Shown here in pieces: positions 33,295-46,604 of a DNA stretch of 64,000 nucleotides (positions are counted from its first letter, which is position 1; each line of letters starts with the position of its first letter). The position numbers were made by a program, and so were the translations under genes. The notes beneath the pieces were generated by a model that saw only the letters and a program-made list of their open reading frames with translations, had not been told where the DNA came from and did not search any database. Source of the DNA: Camelus ferus (taxonomy: Eukaryota); contig NC_045697.1 in the NCBI RefSeq assembly GCF_009834535.1, forward strand, positions 50,532,001 to 50,596,000, in the 5' to 3' direction.

Positions 33295-34737
33295 AAGAGA
33301 TAAAATGACTCCTGGTTTTACAGATCATTGCATTTGTGAAATAATTTGCCATTCTTTACATATTTCCAAGAGTGCCCAAGTAGGGTCACAGATGGAACTA
33401 ATCTTTAAGAATTATTCCCATCAAAGTAATCTGCTTGAAATAGGTCATCCAGTTTCCTTTATTAGTGAGCCAAAGACTTCTGCAAGGACAGTGTACTTCA
33501 GCCCTGCGTTTTACCTTTATCTGGTGTATCCATCTGGGCTATAGTTAGAGTGAAACTTCCATCGATACTCAGCAGCCACACTTCCCCTGTGGCAACTTGC
33601 AGCCAAACGCTACCAATAAGTTTTGTGGCATAACCCACGCTGCAGTTCCTCCCTCTCAGCTGAGGGATCAGCCCGCACTCAGGTTAAGTCCTGATGAACA
33701 ACCTGAAGAGCAACATGTCAAAACCTATCACTCGTGTGCTCCTCTGGGTGGCTGAGTCATGGCCTCGCCGGCAAAACCTTCTCTACCAAGTCCAGGTCTT
33801 CCTCAGGGCTCTGGCTCCAGGAACCAGCAGGGCAACAAGAGTAATATTATCAATCACATGGGCGTATTTTATGATAGGATCAGAAAAACCTGACTTTCCG
33901 AAGGTTGCAGTGTTTTTACACAATCACTTGGTAGCATTCAGCTGAATGTTCAGGATGCACTAAGTATTAGAGCTGGAAGGAGCCATGCTATCATTGCTAT
34001 CATTTAACTGATAACAACATAGATGGCCAGAGAGGTTGCAAAGTTATAGTGTTCCAATACTAAATCTGAAAGCATCTCTCCAGTCTCCCAGTCCAGCGCT
34101 CTTTCCTATTCATCTTGCATCTTGTTTCTCTTGATCATTTCCTTTTTTTGTTTCACTATATACTTAGATACACATAACTGCAATTTAATTTAACAGATAC
34201 TACCAAGGGATTGCTTATCTGTGACTTAGCATATGTACCCACCCCCAAAAGCTCATTTTTTAATATTTTCATAATACCCTTATGAGAAAAAAAATTCTTA
34301 GCTAAGTGTAAGAATGTATGGAAGTGATCTGAGACCAGTGAAATATCATATGAGAGAAGGGTCTTATAAAATATTGCCAACTGCAGGGTAAGCTTGCCCC
34401 ACAAGCACAATCAAGGTTGTGCAGTTCAGACAGCCCTGCTTTTCCCGCCTTGAGCTGCTTATCATGTTCTGTCTGTGTCATCCCGGTGCATCGTAAGTGT
34501 GTGGTGATTTTGCAGTAAACACATGGTAACTATAATGCAAGCAAGAAGAAGAATGACAGTGCAAAAACTAATAAGGTCAGGTTTTAAAATGAAATGCATC
34601 CTTACTCTTTCAAGTTGAGAAATTCAAGTAAATTATTGATATCTCACATTAGTGACTGAACATGAAAATGAAATAAAGAAACGAGGTCATATCCTAGAGA
34701 GGTGAGCATGTAAGCACGACACACAGATACAGATACA

Positions 34738-34738
<1 letters not shown>

Positions 34739-34790
<52 letters not shown>
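34739..34790. repeat. (CA)n microsatellite
   Basis: About 26 uninterrupted AC units. Confidence 0.97.
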
Positions 34791-34793
<3 letters not shown>

Positions 34794-35837
34794 CTTGGAG
34801 GGCACTCCCTGCTAGGCTGGAAGCTTGATCCCTAGCAAGGCCCTGGAAATGACAGCCTGTAAGGGCAGGAGTGTGCTCTTTGATAAGGTCCATCTGTATT
34901 TGTTCTCTTAACCATTCTGTCCCTAGAGTATTTTGTCCTCAGGTTTTCCTTTTCTTTTTAGCGCCAGGCTCAGATTGCCCACTAGATCTGGTCCTTGATG
35001 CACCCTAGAAGCTCGCATACTTGGGGCCAATACCCTATTCAGAAAGACACTTCTGAGCTCCTGCATGTTCAACTGTATTTCACACCATGCTAGGAATTGG
35101 GTAAACCATCAGCTGATGACCAGATTCCAAGAGGTAATGTCAAATTTGAATTATTTTGAAAATTGCACTATTTTCCCCTTCAGTTTGTCTGTAAAGACAC
35201 ACTAATGACTAATGGAGTTCTTGCATGGCCTTGCTTTTTTGGCTGTAATGGTGAACCTAATATACACAATATTTCTAATATGAAAATATCTCCACTTTAT
35301 TAGATGCATATTTTATTAGACATTTAAGATTCCTAGATTATTTTGAAAACCTGAATGCAAGTAAGTATCTGACAAAGATATTGGAAGTAAAATTGGATTA
35401 GGGGTCAGCATCAAAAAATATGTCTGTCTTGGTCCTCAGTTTCCTCATCTGTAGAGATAAGGCATTGGTTAGAATTGGTTTTTTTATTACTACACATTGG
35501 CTGCTTTATCTCCTTTACTGGCCGTTGAAATGGTAGCCTACCTTCTCTTTCTCATCCTCTTTAAAACACAGGTGAAGAATGTTGAATTATCCAGGTAACT
35601 GTCTGGATCTAAAATATAGTTGGGTTAGCAAACACACCCTACGATGACTTCTGGCTCTGAGAGGAATGACTGAGTAGAGAGCATGGATGGTGAAGGACAC
35701 AGATATATTCCAACATGTCAAAATAATGCCGACTATAAAAGGCTGGCCGAATTCTTTCACTAAAAAAAACTGCATTACAAAGAATTTACTCTTCAAGTAT
35801 TAATGGTGCAATTATGTTTTTCTCCCAAGAATGGATC

Positions 35838-35944
35838 GAAGGAAGAAAGGAAGGATAGAAGGAAGGACAGAAAGAAGGTAAGAAAGCAGGAAGGCAGGAG
35901 TAAAGGAAGGAAGTCAAGAGAAAGGAAGGAAGGAAGGAAGGAAG
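35838..35944. repeat. (GGAA)n-like purine-rich simple repeat
   Basis: Degenerate gaag/ggaa units about 165 bp into the intron after the MTHFD2L penultimate exon. Confidence 0.85.
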
Positions 35945-36107
35945 CAAATAAGTATGATTAAACTCTTTTCCCTCAGAGGGAAGAGGTGGAATGATTAATA
36001 ACTTAATAGTGCCCCCATCAAATAGAAAGTTTCTCTTTCTTCTATCAAAACATGAGAAGTAGAATCTGTTTTTTCTTTCACTTATCAAAAGAGATATAAT
36101 TTATTAC

Positions 36108-36233
36108 CTTCAAAGTCCACATCTCCAACTAATTTTGTCTTTCCTGTCACTGGATCATGGACGTAGTTGATACCCACATCAATGACAGCAGCGCCTTCTT
36201 TAACCATATCAGATGTAATCAACTTCGGAATAC
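36108..36233 (-). CDS. MTHFD2L: MTHFD2L penultimate coding exon (mitochondrial methylenetetrahydrofolate dehydrogenase/cyclohydrolase 2-like)
   Basis: Encodes [42 protein letters not shown] with the FolD-family VIDVGIN and LVGDVDF motifs. Acceptor ttttgctttcag|, donor G|GTAATA; 126 nt, phase 1-1. Confidence 0.96.
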
Positions 36234-36964
36234 CTGAAAGCAAAACAGAGTCGTAAAACACTGGGAAATACTTGAACTTCGTCCTCGAGTATGACAAAGG
36301 TTGATACATGTAATGTTTTGGTTGTCATGGCTTTAAAAAATATACAAAATATTTTGTTCCTAAGGAAGAAGCCAACTGCACTTGGTCATTTCTGATCAAG
36401 CAGAAGAACAAAAGTAGCACATGGCGGCATCTCTGGATGAAATCCTGCCAGGATTTACCCTTTCACCTTAGAGACTGCTTACCAGACTTCTCCAAACGAA
36501 TATCTTCTTGAGCAGCATCTTTTTGTATTTCAAGTACTATAAACAGCATGAGATTATGGAAATAAAACAGGATTCTGCTGAAGGTGAGTGGAGTGGAGTG
36601 AAAACAACTTGGAAAATGGAGGGAGAGTGAAGGAAGAGAGGGAAGGAGGCAGAGAGGAAGGAAGGATGAAAAGGATGGTAATAAATCATATTCCTCAGGG
36701 TTGTGGTAAACTGTAAAGTGCTGTTCACAAAGTGATATCTCATCAACTCCAAATATGAAAGGCTATCTTGAGCTTTCTTTTTATTTTTTCTTGGTTTCAT
36801 TGATTCATTTTATCTGTATATGACTTGGAAAGGTGTAAGATACAGTAAGTTCTACTCACTATTTTTCCATTCCAGTTTGAAAGGTACTCTACAGAGATCT
36901 TACATCACCATCTATTTTCACAACTCATTTCAAATGTTATTTCAACAGTACCAGCTAACGATGG

Positions 36965-37475
36965 CTAGTGTTCCATTTGTTTTTGTTAAAAATTAACAAA
37001 CTGTTCCCAAATTTAATTTCTTAAAACAATAATTTACTATTATGTTTCATGATTCTGTGAATTAGCTGAGCTCAGCTGGATGAATCGTCCTTGGGGTCTT
37101 TCATATAATTAGAGTCAGATAGTGGCTGAGGCTGGAGTCATCTAAAGATGTGGCTCGGCTGCTTGTCTAAGATGGCGCACTCACTTGGCTGCAACTGATG
37201 CTCATGGTGGCTGAGCTCAACTGGGGTTGTCAACAGGAGCACACAGGTGTGGCCTCTCCACGTGGCTCGGGCTTCTCACAGCCCGGCAGCTGGCCTCCAA
37301 GAGTGGGTGTTCTGAGCGATAAGAAATAGAAGGTGCCCGTTGCACAGTGTCACTTCTGTCATATTCTATTGGTCAAGCAGTAACAGAATCCACTTAGATT
37401 TAAAAGGGGGAATAGAGACGCCACTTCTCAATGGGAGGAGAATCGAAGGATTTGTGACCATCTTTTCTCTACCAG
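36965..37475 (-). mobile_element. MaLR solo LTR (MLT1F/H-like)
   Basis: gctgagctcagctgg...gtggcctctccacgtggctcgggcttctcacagc...cacttctgtcatattctattggtc. Confidence 0.8.
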
Positions 37476-40400
37476 AATGCCTCTGGTTGACATTGTGTCT
37501 GGCAGGTGATTTACACACTTTCACATTCTACATCCCTTGCCAGAAAAGGGTTACCTATTGTTGTGTTGTCAGAGGCTTTCCTTTAGCATCTGAATATCCA
37601 CTAAGCATTCCAGGTGGCTTAAATGTCACCCTGTGATATATGCGAGTAAGAACTGAAAGTGGCAGTCAGTGCCAAGACAGATGCTGCTATCTGATAGGTT
37701 CCTCACTCATATAATGATACCAATGAAGCATCAGTGATTAAGATATATTTTTTTCACTTGCTTCCAATACTATCCCATAGAACTTCTTTCTTTCTATCAG
37801 TTCTCCCATAGATATTGAGTATTGCTCTAAAGATAGTTATAAAATCCTGTTTCTTCTTGGCATCCAATAGGAAAAAAAACATAATTATGGCCACAGGAAA
37901 TATTTTTAAGATGAAAATGTTGATGAAATAGTTGTTAAAATCCAGCTCCTGTGCTTTTGAGAAAGATCCAACTCTCCCTTCCAAATGTAATTGTTCATTA
38001 CAATTTCTCAGAGAATATCAAACTGGCAATGGTCAAGTGTACAATGTTCAAAATAGAGGGAAATGTGAGCTTGATTTTAATTCCAGGAAAATTACAAAAT
38101 GGAAAAACCTTAAATGCATGTTTGTTTTTTTCTGATGATGATGTTATGTATGTCCATTGTAGAAAATCTGAAAAACATCTACAAGTTTAAAATTACAATA
38201 AAAGTCACTATAATCTTGCCATCCAAAGATGGTAAATGCATTTTATTGTTTTTATTTCTAGGATTTTGAAATATTTCTGTATTAGATATAAAGTACGATG
38301 CCTGTTTATTTTGTTTGTATTGTGCCTATGTATCTTACCACTTTGCTTTAAAATTAAAATGTGAGCATTTTCCCATTTCATCAAAAATTTGAAATTTAAA
38401 AACCACATGAAAGAATTATATGAATTATCACAATAAGTCATTCATTCCTGCACTCATTGCAATATTTTGCTGCTTTAAATAATGCAGTGATGATCATTTA
38501 TGCTCAGAAAACTATGATGATTTCTTAATTGCAGCATTAACTTTGACAAAAACTTTCACTGAACCCTTATTAATATGATGGAAAAACATGGGTTGGATAA
38601 AAGCTCTTGTTGGTAGTTGTGGTAGTTGTGATACTGGTTAAATAACATATTCTGTCTGAAACTACGAATGCATCTGTAAGCAGGTCTATTGAGGTCTTCC
38701 ATGAAAAATATTTTTTCAGTGCCATTTTCAAATTTTATAAACAACTCTGAAGAACACATTGGCACTGTGATGGTTATTTTATCTTTGTCCTCCCCCATTT
38801 CCACCTTTCTCTGCTCTGTTTTATGGCAAGGATGAGACTGGTCCTTACAGAGGTTTTGTGTGCTTCCTATCTCTCTTGGAACTCGTGTCACAGCCACAAG
38901 TACAAGTTCACGCTAACCTACTGGTGGATTCAAATCCTGTAGAAGAGAGCTAAGGTGTTTCAGTCCTGGACTCTTCTGGACCTACCTCAGTCTAAACCTG
39001 ATCATTCCACCTCCAATGTAGACTCTTGCTTCTTACATGGATTTGTACCATATCCCAAATTCTTATACTTACCTTTCTAAATGGCATCGTTTCACCAAGA
39101 ATAATTTAGAATTATAATAGCTATTCTGAGGAACTTGTGATGTGAACAAAAGTGTTCTTTTGAAAGGTGCCTTAGAACATAATGAATACAATTCCAAGCA
39201 TCCAGTGGTCTGCATACTTTAATGTTTTTGAGGAAGTATCCAAAGGCATTTAGATTCCAAAATTGTTCCCTTAAAAGATGTCTTGGCCAAGCAAACAAAA
39301 GGTGAAAAACTAATAATGGTCTCTCTTTTAGGTTCCTCTAAATCTCAGTACAAATCTAACAGCCTTTATCCTATTATTTACCTTCCCCCAACCTATGTTT
39401 CTGCATTTCCTCTGACTTGTTCCTTTTACCTTCTGGTTGACTAGAAATCCCCAAAGTGCAATTGCTTCATAAAATTAAATCCCCCTACCCGATATAAGAA
39501 AAACTGCATTGGTTTTAAGATCTAGTTTCATATTGAGCCAAAAGCCAAATATTAAAGTTGTTTTAAAGCCTAGAAAGAAAAAAAATTGCAGAGGAATTAG
39601 GAATAGTTTTAGGAGTGTATAATCCAGCACCCCCAAATATACATCAAATAGTACATATGTTCAGATGCAAAAGAACTGGATGGAAAGACAGCATTCAAAG
39701 ACCCCAGATTGCTTAAGAAATCAGAGGGTTTTAGAAAAACTGCATATATTGGAAAGTATCCCCCCAAATCATTCCTATAAACATAGATTGAACCCTGATT
39801 CAGTCCCATAAGCAAAGACAGAAGCCATCCTCCAGGGAGTTCAGAGATAGGCTCTGTAATACCTTTAGACAGTGTTCAGAAGTAACTCCTGATAAAGATG
39901 TAGTGAGCTCTCTAACTTCCATGAATAACCTTAGCCTGAAATTTAATACACAAGAAAAACTAGAATGGATAATAGCCCCACTGCCAGACTTCCAGCACTT
40001 GGCTGAGCATTTTTGAAAGAACGTAAGAACAAAACAGAGTAAGACTCAGAGTAAAGCTATGGCCTTATGGATAAAACAATTAGACACTCACAGTCATTAA
40101 AGAGGAAGACACAAAGAGAGAAACAGAAAGAACATTGGCACAAAAGAGAAAAAAAAAAGGAAGCGAACAAAGCACTTTGTTCATTGAGTAAGACGAGAAG
40201 CAAAAGGAATCAAATACCCAATCTCTCATTTTATCCTTAAATTCACAAGGAGAAATTTCTAACAATGCTAAAGGACAACCTTTTGCTTGATCTGGGCACA
40301 ACTTTATTAGCCTTAAACTTTTTTATTCAGTATCTCCCTTGGAGTAAACAGACTACTCAAGAGGTGGGTCTCTAAGAATCCTTAGGTACTCCTCATGTCC

Positions 40401-41481
40401 TGGCCCGGAGCAGAGGTACAGTCTTGCCTCCTCAGTGACCCCACACTTGCTAACTTGATAGGGAGAGATGTACACTGAAAATGGAATTACCAGCAGATTT
40501 AATTATTTCTTGATGGACTCTTTGTTAAAAATCCCTAAGAACTCCCTAGTCATAATAAGGTCACAGCTAATTTGAATACTGACTTATGCTTACTTACTTT
40601 CTATTATCAAGCCCCAATTGAAAATCTCAAAGAAGTGCTTGAGTTTTTTGTGGGTTACACATCTATGATATTGGCATCATTAATGGGACTGAACTTCTGT
40701 CTAAATGTACATAATACTCTCTTAAAGCACAAGCTAAGGAAAGACTAAAACCAAAAAAAAAAAAAAAAGGGCTGATTGTTAACACTTTCATCCTTCTAGT
40801 TAACAATACCAATGGATGAGGATATAGATTCATTCAGAACTTTAGACGCATAAATAGAATATTCATTCCCTGGTTCCCTATAGTAGCAAACTCAAATTCT
40901 ATCTTATAGGACCTCCTGAGACTATATATTTTACTTTTAGATGTGTATTTTGTTTTCTTTAGTGTCCTTTTAGATCAATAATCAATACTTGTTTGCCTTA
41001 TTTTGGAAATGTCAACACTATACATACCTGTGCTGTTATACCCAGGAGTTTACTAAGGCACCCTCATACTTTTTACAAATCCTCAACCAGGACCTAAAGA
41101 ATCTGAAATTTCCATGTAATTCTGCTCTTATCATTCAGAGGAGGACTTGGGGCAGAACACATATTTCAGAAAATACGATTCAGAAACTGAATTTCAAGGT
41201 TCTAACAGTTCAGAGTATGTTTATGTTAGGCTGGTCCATCAGCAGATATATTCCTCAGGTACATAGGTAATAAGAAACATTACAAGTACAATAAAATGCT
41301 GTTAAGATTTTACAGAAACATTTGCTGTTGCAAACTCTCACCTTAACATTTATCAATTTCAAAACTCTCATATCAGCTGTCTAAATTCCTGATAAAACAT
41401 ACCAACTCTATATCCTAGGATACTCAGTAACATATGAAATTTAATTGTTACTTATAATATCATCATTAAAAATTCCCAGCT

Positions 41482-42630
41482 TTGTCCCAAATAGCCAAAA
41501 CAATATTGAGAAAGAAGAACAGAGCTGGAGGAATCACCCTCCCTGACTTCAGACTATCACAAAGTTACAGTAATCAAAACAGCATGGCACAAAAAACAGC
41601 CACATAGACCAATGAACAGAATGGAGAGCCCAGAAATAAACTCATGCACCTTTGCTCACTTAATATGACAAAGGAGGCAAGAATATACAATGGACAAAAG
41701 ACAATCTCTTCAGTAAGTGTTTCTGTGAAAACTGGACAGCTACATATAACAGAATGAGATTAGCACATTCTCTAACACTATATGCAAAAATAAACTCAAA
41801 ATGAATTAAAGACTTAAATGTAAGACCAAGGACCATGTAACTCCTAGAGGAAAACACAGGCAGAACACTCTTTAACATAAATCATAGCAATATTTTTTTT
41901 GGATCTGTCTCCTAAAGCCAAGGAAATAAAAGCAAAAATAAACAAATGATACATAATTAAATTTAAAAGCTTCTGTACAATAAAGGAAACCATCAACAAA
42001 ACAAAAACCTATTGAATGGGAGAAAATATTTGCAAATGCTATGACCAATAAGGGGTTAATATCCAAAATATATAAACAGCTTATACAACTAAACATCAAA
42101 AAACAAACAAACAACAAACAACAAACAACTCAATTAAGACATAGGCAGAAGACCTGAATAGATAATCTTTTTCCCAAGGGGAAATGCAGATGGCCAACAG
42201 GCAAATGAGAAGATGCTCAACATCAATAATCATCAGGGAAATGGAAATCAAAACCGCAATGAGATATCACATCACACTTGTCAGAATGGCTGTTATCAAA
42301 AAGAACACAAATAACAAATGCTGGCGAGGATGTGGAGAAAAGGGAACCCCTGAACACGGTTGGGAATGTAAATTGATGCAGCCACTGCAGAAAACAGTAT
42401 GGAGGTTTCCCAAAAAACTGAAAATATAACTACCACATGACCCAGCAATTTAACTCCTGGGTATATATCTGAAAACAAACAAACAAAACACTAACTTGAA
42501 ACATTAATGCTAATTCAAAAAGATGCACCTCAATGTTCATGACAGAATTATTTACAATTGCCCAGATATGGAAGCAACCTAAGTGTCCATCAATAGATGA
42601 ACTAATAAAGAAGATATGGTATATTCCATT

Positions 42631-42677
<47 letters not shown>

Positions 42678-43066
42678 TATAATGGAATAGTTCTTAGCCA
42701 TACAAAAAGAATGAAATTTTGCCATTTGCAGCAACATGGATGGACTTGGAAGGTATTATGCTAAGTGATATATGTCAAGAGAGAAAGACAAATCCTGTAC
42801 AGTATCACTTATGTATGGAATCTAAAAAATACAACAAACTAGTGAATATAACAGTAAAGAAGCAGACTCACAGATGTAGAGAACAAACTAATGGTTACCA
42901 CTGGGGAGAGGAAGTGGGAAGGGGCAATAAAAGAATAGGGGATTAAAGAGGTATAAACTATTATGTATACAATAAACTATGTCATATATGGTACAATATA
43001 TGGAATATAGCCAATATTTTATAATAACAATAAATGGAGTATAACCTTTAAAAATAAATTAAGTTA
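41482..43066 (+). mobile_element. 5'-truncated L1 (ORF2 C-terminus and 3' UTR) with 14-bp TSD
   Basis: ORF2-like [43 protein letters not shown] and PFAATWMDLEGIMLS. TSD aaaaattcccagct (41468-41481) and aaaaatttctagct (43067-43080). Confidence 0.95.
42630..42677. repeat. (TTTA)n microsatellite inside the L1
   Basis: About 12 units. Confidence 0.9.
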
Positions 43067-45170
43067 AAAAATTTCTAGCTGACAAATACAATTATATACT
43101 AAAGCCCAAGACAGGTTTATGGAGGTAGGCTTGTGTTTTCTCCCCAAGCCAATTAATCCATTTATGAATTTACTCCTGGCAGAAGAAAATGGTCTTTATT
43201 ATTATAGATTTTCCAAAATAATTGGGATAATTATTTTAGGATGAACTATTCTTATCAGAAAATTTAGTAAGATTTTTGATTCATCTAAGATTTCTCTGTT
43301 GTGGGTGAAATTTCTTTGACAGTTAGACTAACCAATGGATGACCTACACAGAATCACACTACTTCAAAGGTTACGACTTTCTTATTAGGTGATTGCAAAT
43401 CTGTTATTTTTTGATTCCTTGTATGACAAATATGAAATAAATCACCAATGCTGTCTTAACAGAATATACCAAATAAATATAACATTTTAAAAACACCACC
43501 AATACATGAAGTACACACAGGACATGATTCTGTACCCTAGGAGCTAAGTTTACTCTTATATGAGGTATAACCATTACCCCTTGAGCAAGTGGAGACTGTA
43601 TCCTTATGCTCATCAGTTAGAACCCCAGCTAAGTATTTTCATATGCTTATTCGACAATCTCAGAATTCAGTTCACATGATTTTTTTTAAAGTAATCCTTT
43701 CCCTATGAATCCTTCTATCATAGTCATCTTTAAGTCTTTATGAAATGGCTCAGTCAAGGCATCCTGATAAAAGGAAGCACCATATTTACACATCAATTTA
43801 ATTAGTAGAGTTCAAAGGGCTGTGCAAACATTATCTAATTAAACTTCACAACAACTCAGTGAAGCAAGAGAAGGTTTACCTATTATCCTCATTCACAGAA
43901 GGGAGATTTTGAGGTGCTGAGAGGCTAAATGATTTCTTAGTTTCACAATGATGAGTCAGAGGTGAGGCTGGGAACAAACCAGAACTCTTGTTCAGATAAA
44001 AAAGTAACACCATGGAAATGCTTATTCAGGTGGATCACTCCTTCAGCTGGAAGTTGTCCTGCTACATGAGTAACAAGAGTAATTTTGATGGAATTTGTAT
44101 GAATGTATATGTTTCTTTCTAGATTAGAAAAACTTTAGCATTATTTGCTTTGGGGACAGTTATATGGCTAAATGCATCCTAGCTAAATAGAACCTACATT
44201 AGAAGTCTGGATACTTCAGTATCTTCCCCAAATTGTCCCCTTGTTACTCCTAGGAATCCTCAAGAAGTGTTTATAAACCAGTGAGTCAGGGGCAATGACC
44301 ACAGAACATATCCTCTTTTTTCTCTTTTCCCGTGGCTTCTTTGGTTCTTATCTGATACCTGTTTGACTGTGATGCCTGACATGAGAATATTGTTCATACC
44401 AAGGACAATCCCTGGATGCTCCCAAACCTTCTAATCCTTCGGGTGCAAGAGCAGTACTAAGCTCCTTACAGGGCTGAGGGCCAGCAGGGCTCTGCTCTGT
44501 GCCATACTTGACCATCTAGAAGTATGGAACCCTTTTGTTTTCAGAAGTTCATAGGCTCACTCTTGAGTAGTTCTATCAGCTTCTACCTTGAACCTTTCCT
44601 CTGCAACGTCCAGTGGACCTATGAGGGTGAGATGCATGCTTCTCTTTTCTTCCTCCCATTAATAAAACTGTGTTCCCTTCCAACAGACATTGGTGCATTT
44701 TGGGCAAGGGTGGAGGTTGGAGGCCAGTGGGGGCAATAGGCAAGCGTCTACACCACCAACCGCCATGTTATATATAAAACATTAAAATCAAGTGGAATGG
44801 GATTCAACCGTTTGTTCACTCTTGCTTTAAAGGAAAAATATTTACCAAGCTCAGTATGTAAAATGATCAAAGCAAGGACAGATGTACTAACTGAAAAGAG
44901 AAGGTAGGGTTAGGGGAACAGTCAATAGCTCCTTAGCTTTCCAAGAGTCCAGTTTGAAAACGAGTTGAGTCCAATTCCTTTTGCTTTACATATGTATCTC
45001 CTGAAGGCCAGGTATTCTAAATAAAATGTACAAATGAGGCCTGATATTTAGGAAACATGATTTTTTCATAATTCCATTATTTCCTAATTACAAAGGAAAC
45101 TTTGTACTTAGTCTTAGACTTTTCTTTCTCCCACCTTGTTGCCTAACAGTCTCCGCCTATTAATAACCAG

Positions 45171-45696
45171 TGCTGTGCCTGGACCTGCCCTCGGGGTTCT
45201 TATTATGATTGCAAAATGTCCTCAGCAGTAACTATCAGGAAACTTTGGGAATAAACGGCTTATTACTTACAGGAGCTGGAAATTACATGGCACACTTCAG
45301 GCCACACAGTGAGGTCACACACAATTAGAGAGAGAGAGAGAGAGAGAGCACAGGCCTGGGGTTCTGCTCTTTATTGGGGTGGAGGGTGGGGGTCTATGGT
45401 TTCAAAGGCTCACTCTTTATGGGTGAATTTAAAACATAAGAGTGGAAATTAAAAGCATACGAAGAGAGAAGACAAGCAGCCCAAATCATCACTTATGAAA
45501 TCAACCAAGATCTCTAAAACAGGAGTCTGGAGGGGAGGGATGGCCTGGGTCTTTATCTAGGGGCTGGTGATGTGTTTATTTGAGATAGCCATCTTTGAAG
45601 TAGATGCTTCTTTGAAGTGGATGTCTCCACAATCAAAGCTTAAGTCAGGCACTTGCATTACAAAAAGAAAAGCCAACTGTCAGGGCTCGCACTACA
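45171..45696 (-). mobile_element. Putative ERV solo LTR containing an (AG)n run
   Basis: TG...CA-bounded block of about 525 bp with LTR-like layout; no clean TSD. Confidence 0.55.
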
Positions 45697-45838
45697 CACC
45701 TCCTTTAAGTATTCAAGCATCAGCTAAGACAATCTGTGTGTATTGACTCACAGAAGTGACACAGATAAGAAAGATTAGAAGAGAAGAAAGAATTTGCTCC
45801 CCAGCTCCTGGATTTCAAAAGACTTAGCACTTTAGAAG

Positions 45839-46604
45839 TTGTGGGGAAGAAGAAATTTTCCTCTACCCTTCTGAGTTCTTCTGACTGGTCTAAGTATTAA
45901 ATTTACATGAGACAAATTAGCAGGAGAAAATCAAACAAAAGTTTAATAACTTGTATACATGCGAGAAACCCAGGAAAACTGAGTAACTCACCAAAACGGC
46001 AAAACCGCTCACCTTAAATACCATCTTCAGCTGAAGACAAAAGACGATGTTAGGAATGATGGTTTGAGATTTCAGAGCAAAGGAAGGCAGTTTACATTGA
46101 AATGGAAAAACAAACGTTTGGTAAACAAATGTTTGCTTGGCTATGCAAAGACAGTGGGACACAGAGTGGAATCTGAATTCTAGGTCCTGCTGGGTTTCCC
46201 CCACAACACCTAAGCCTTATTTCTTGCATATAGCTCTGATGATAGCTCTATTCTGGGAACAGGCCCTTTATCTAAATTCTCTTAGGCAGTTAAGGGGAGG
46301 TTGTAAGAAAAACTCCCTGAATCTTCTGTTTCTTAAAAATAATCAACCTAAGATAAACAAGTTTCTTCCATATACCACAGGAAACTATATTCAATATCTT
46401 GCAGTAACCTAACATGAAAAAGAATATGAAAACGAATATGTGTATGTATGTGTATGACTGAAACATTACGCTGTACACCAGAAATTGACACAACATTGTA
46501 AACTGACTATAGTACAATACAAAAATAATAATAGTAATAATCGACCTAAATTAATCCTCTGCCAAAGAAACACACTTTGGGGTGGCAAATTTTGCTGGTC
46601 TACA
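45839..46604 (-). mobile_element. ERV1 solo LTR (possible TSD gaag) carrying a nested L1 3' end
   Basis: Begins ttgtgggg and ends ctaca; gaag on both flanks; minus-strand ATTAAA (tttaat at about 45942). Confidence 0.75.
46352..46535 (+). mobile_element. L1 3' UTR end (about 185 bp) with 14-bp TSD
   Basis: ...gctgtacaccagaaattgacacaacattgtaaactgactat plus A-rich tail. TSD aataatcaacctaa (46338-46351) and aataatcgacctaa (46536-46549). Confidence 0.9.

Larger units (their letters stand above)
39030..43410 (+). mobile_element. Decayed class I (ERV1) proviral internal region: gag, protease, partial RT and possible env remnants, interrupted by an L1
   Basis: Gag-like YLSKWHRFTKNNLEL (about 39068) and IVLGVYNP (about 39603); protease-like LLDLG and NLIGRD (40283-40470); RT GYRFIQNFRRINRIFIP.FPIV.N, FFSVLLDQ, QYLFA..W, QEFTKAPSYFLQILNQDL (40808-41135). 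Many stops and frameshifts. Confidence 0.8.

Noticed and set aside
36085..36309. 74-aa ORF as a stand-alone small gene
   Set aside because: It is the MTHFD2L exon plus intronic run-on at both ends.
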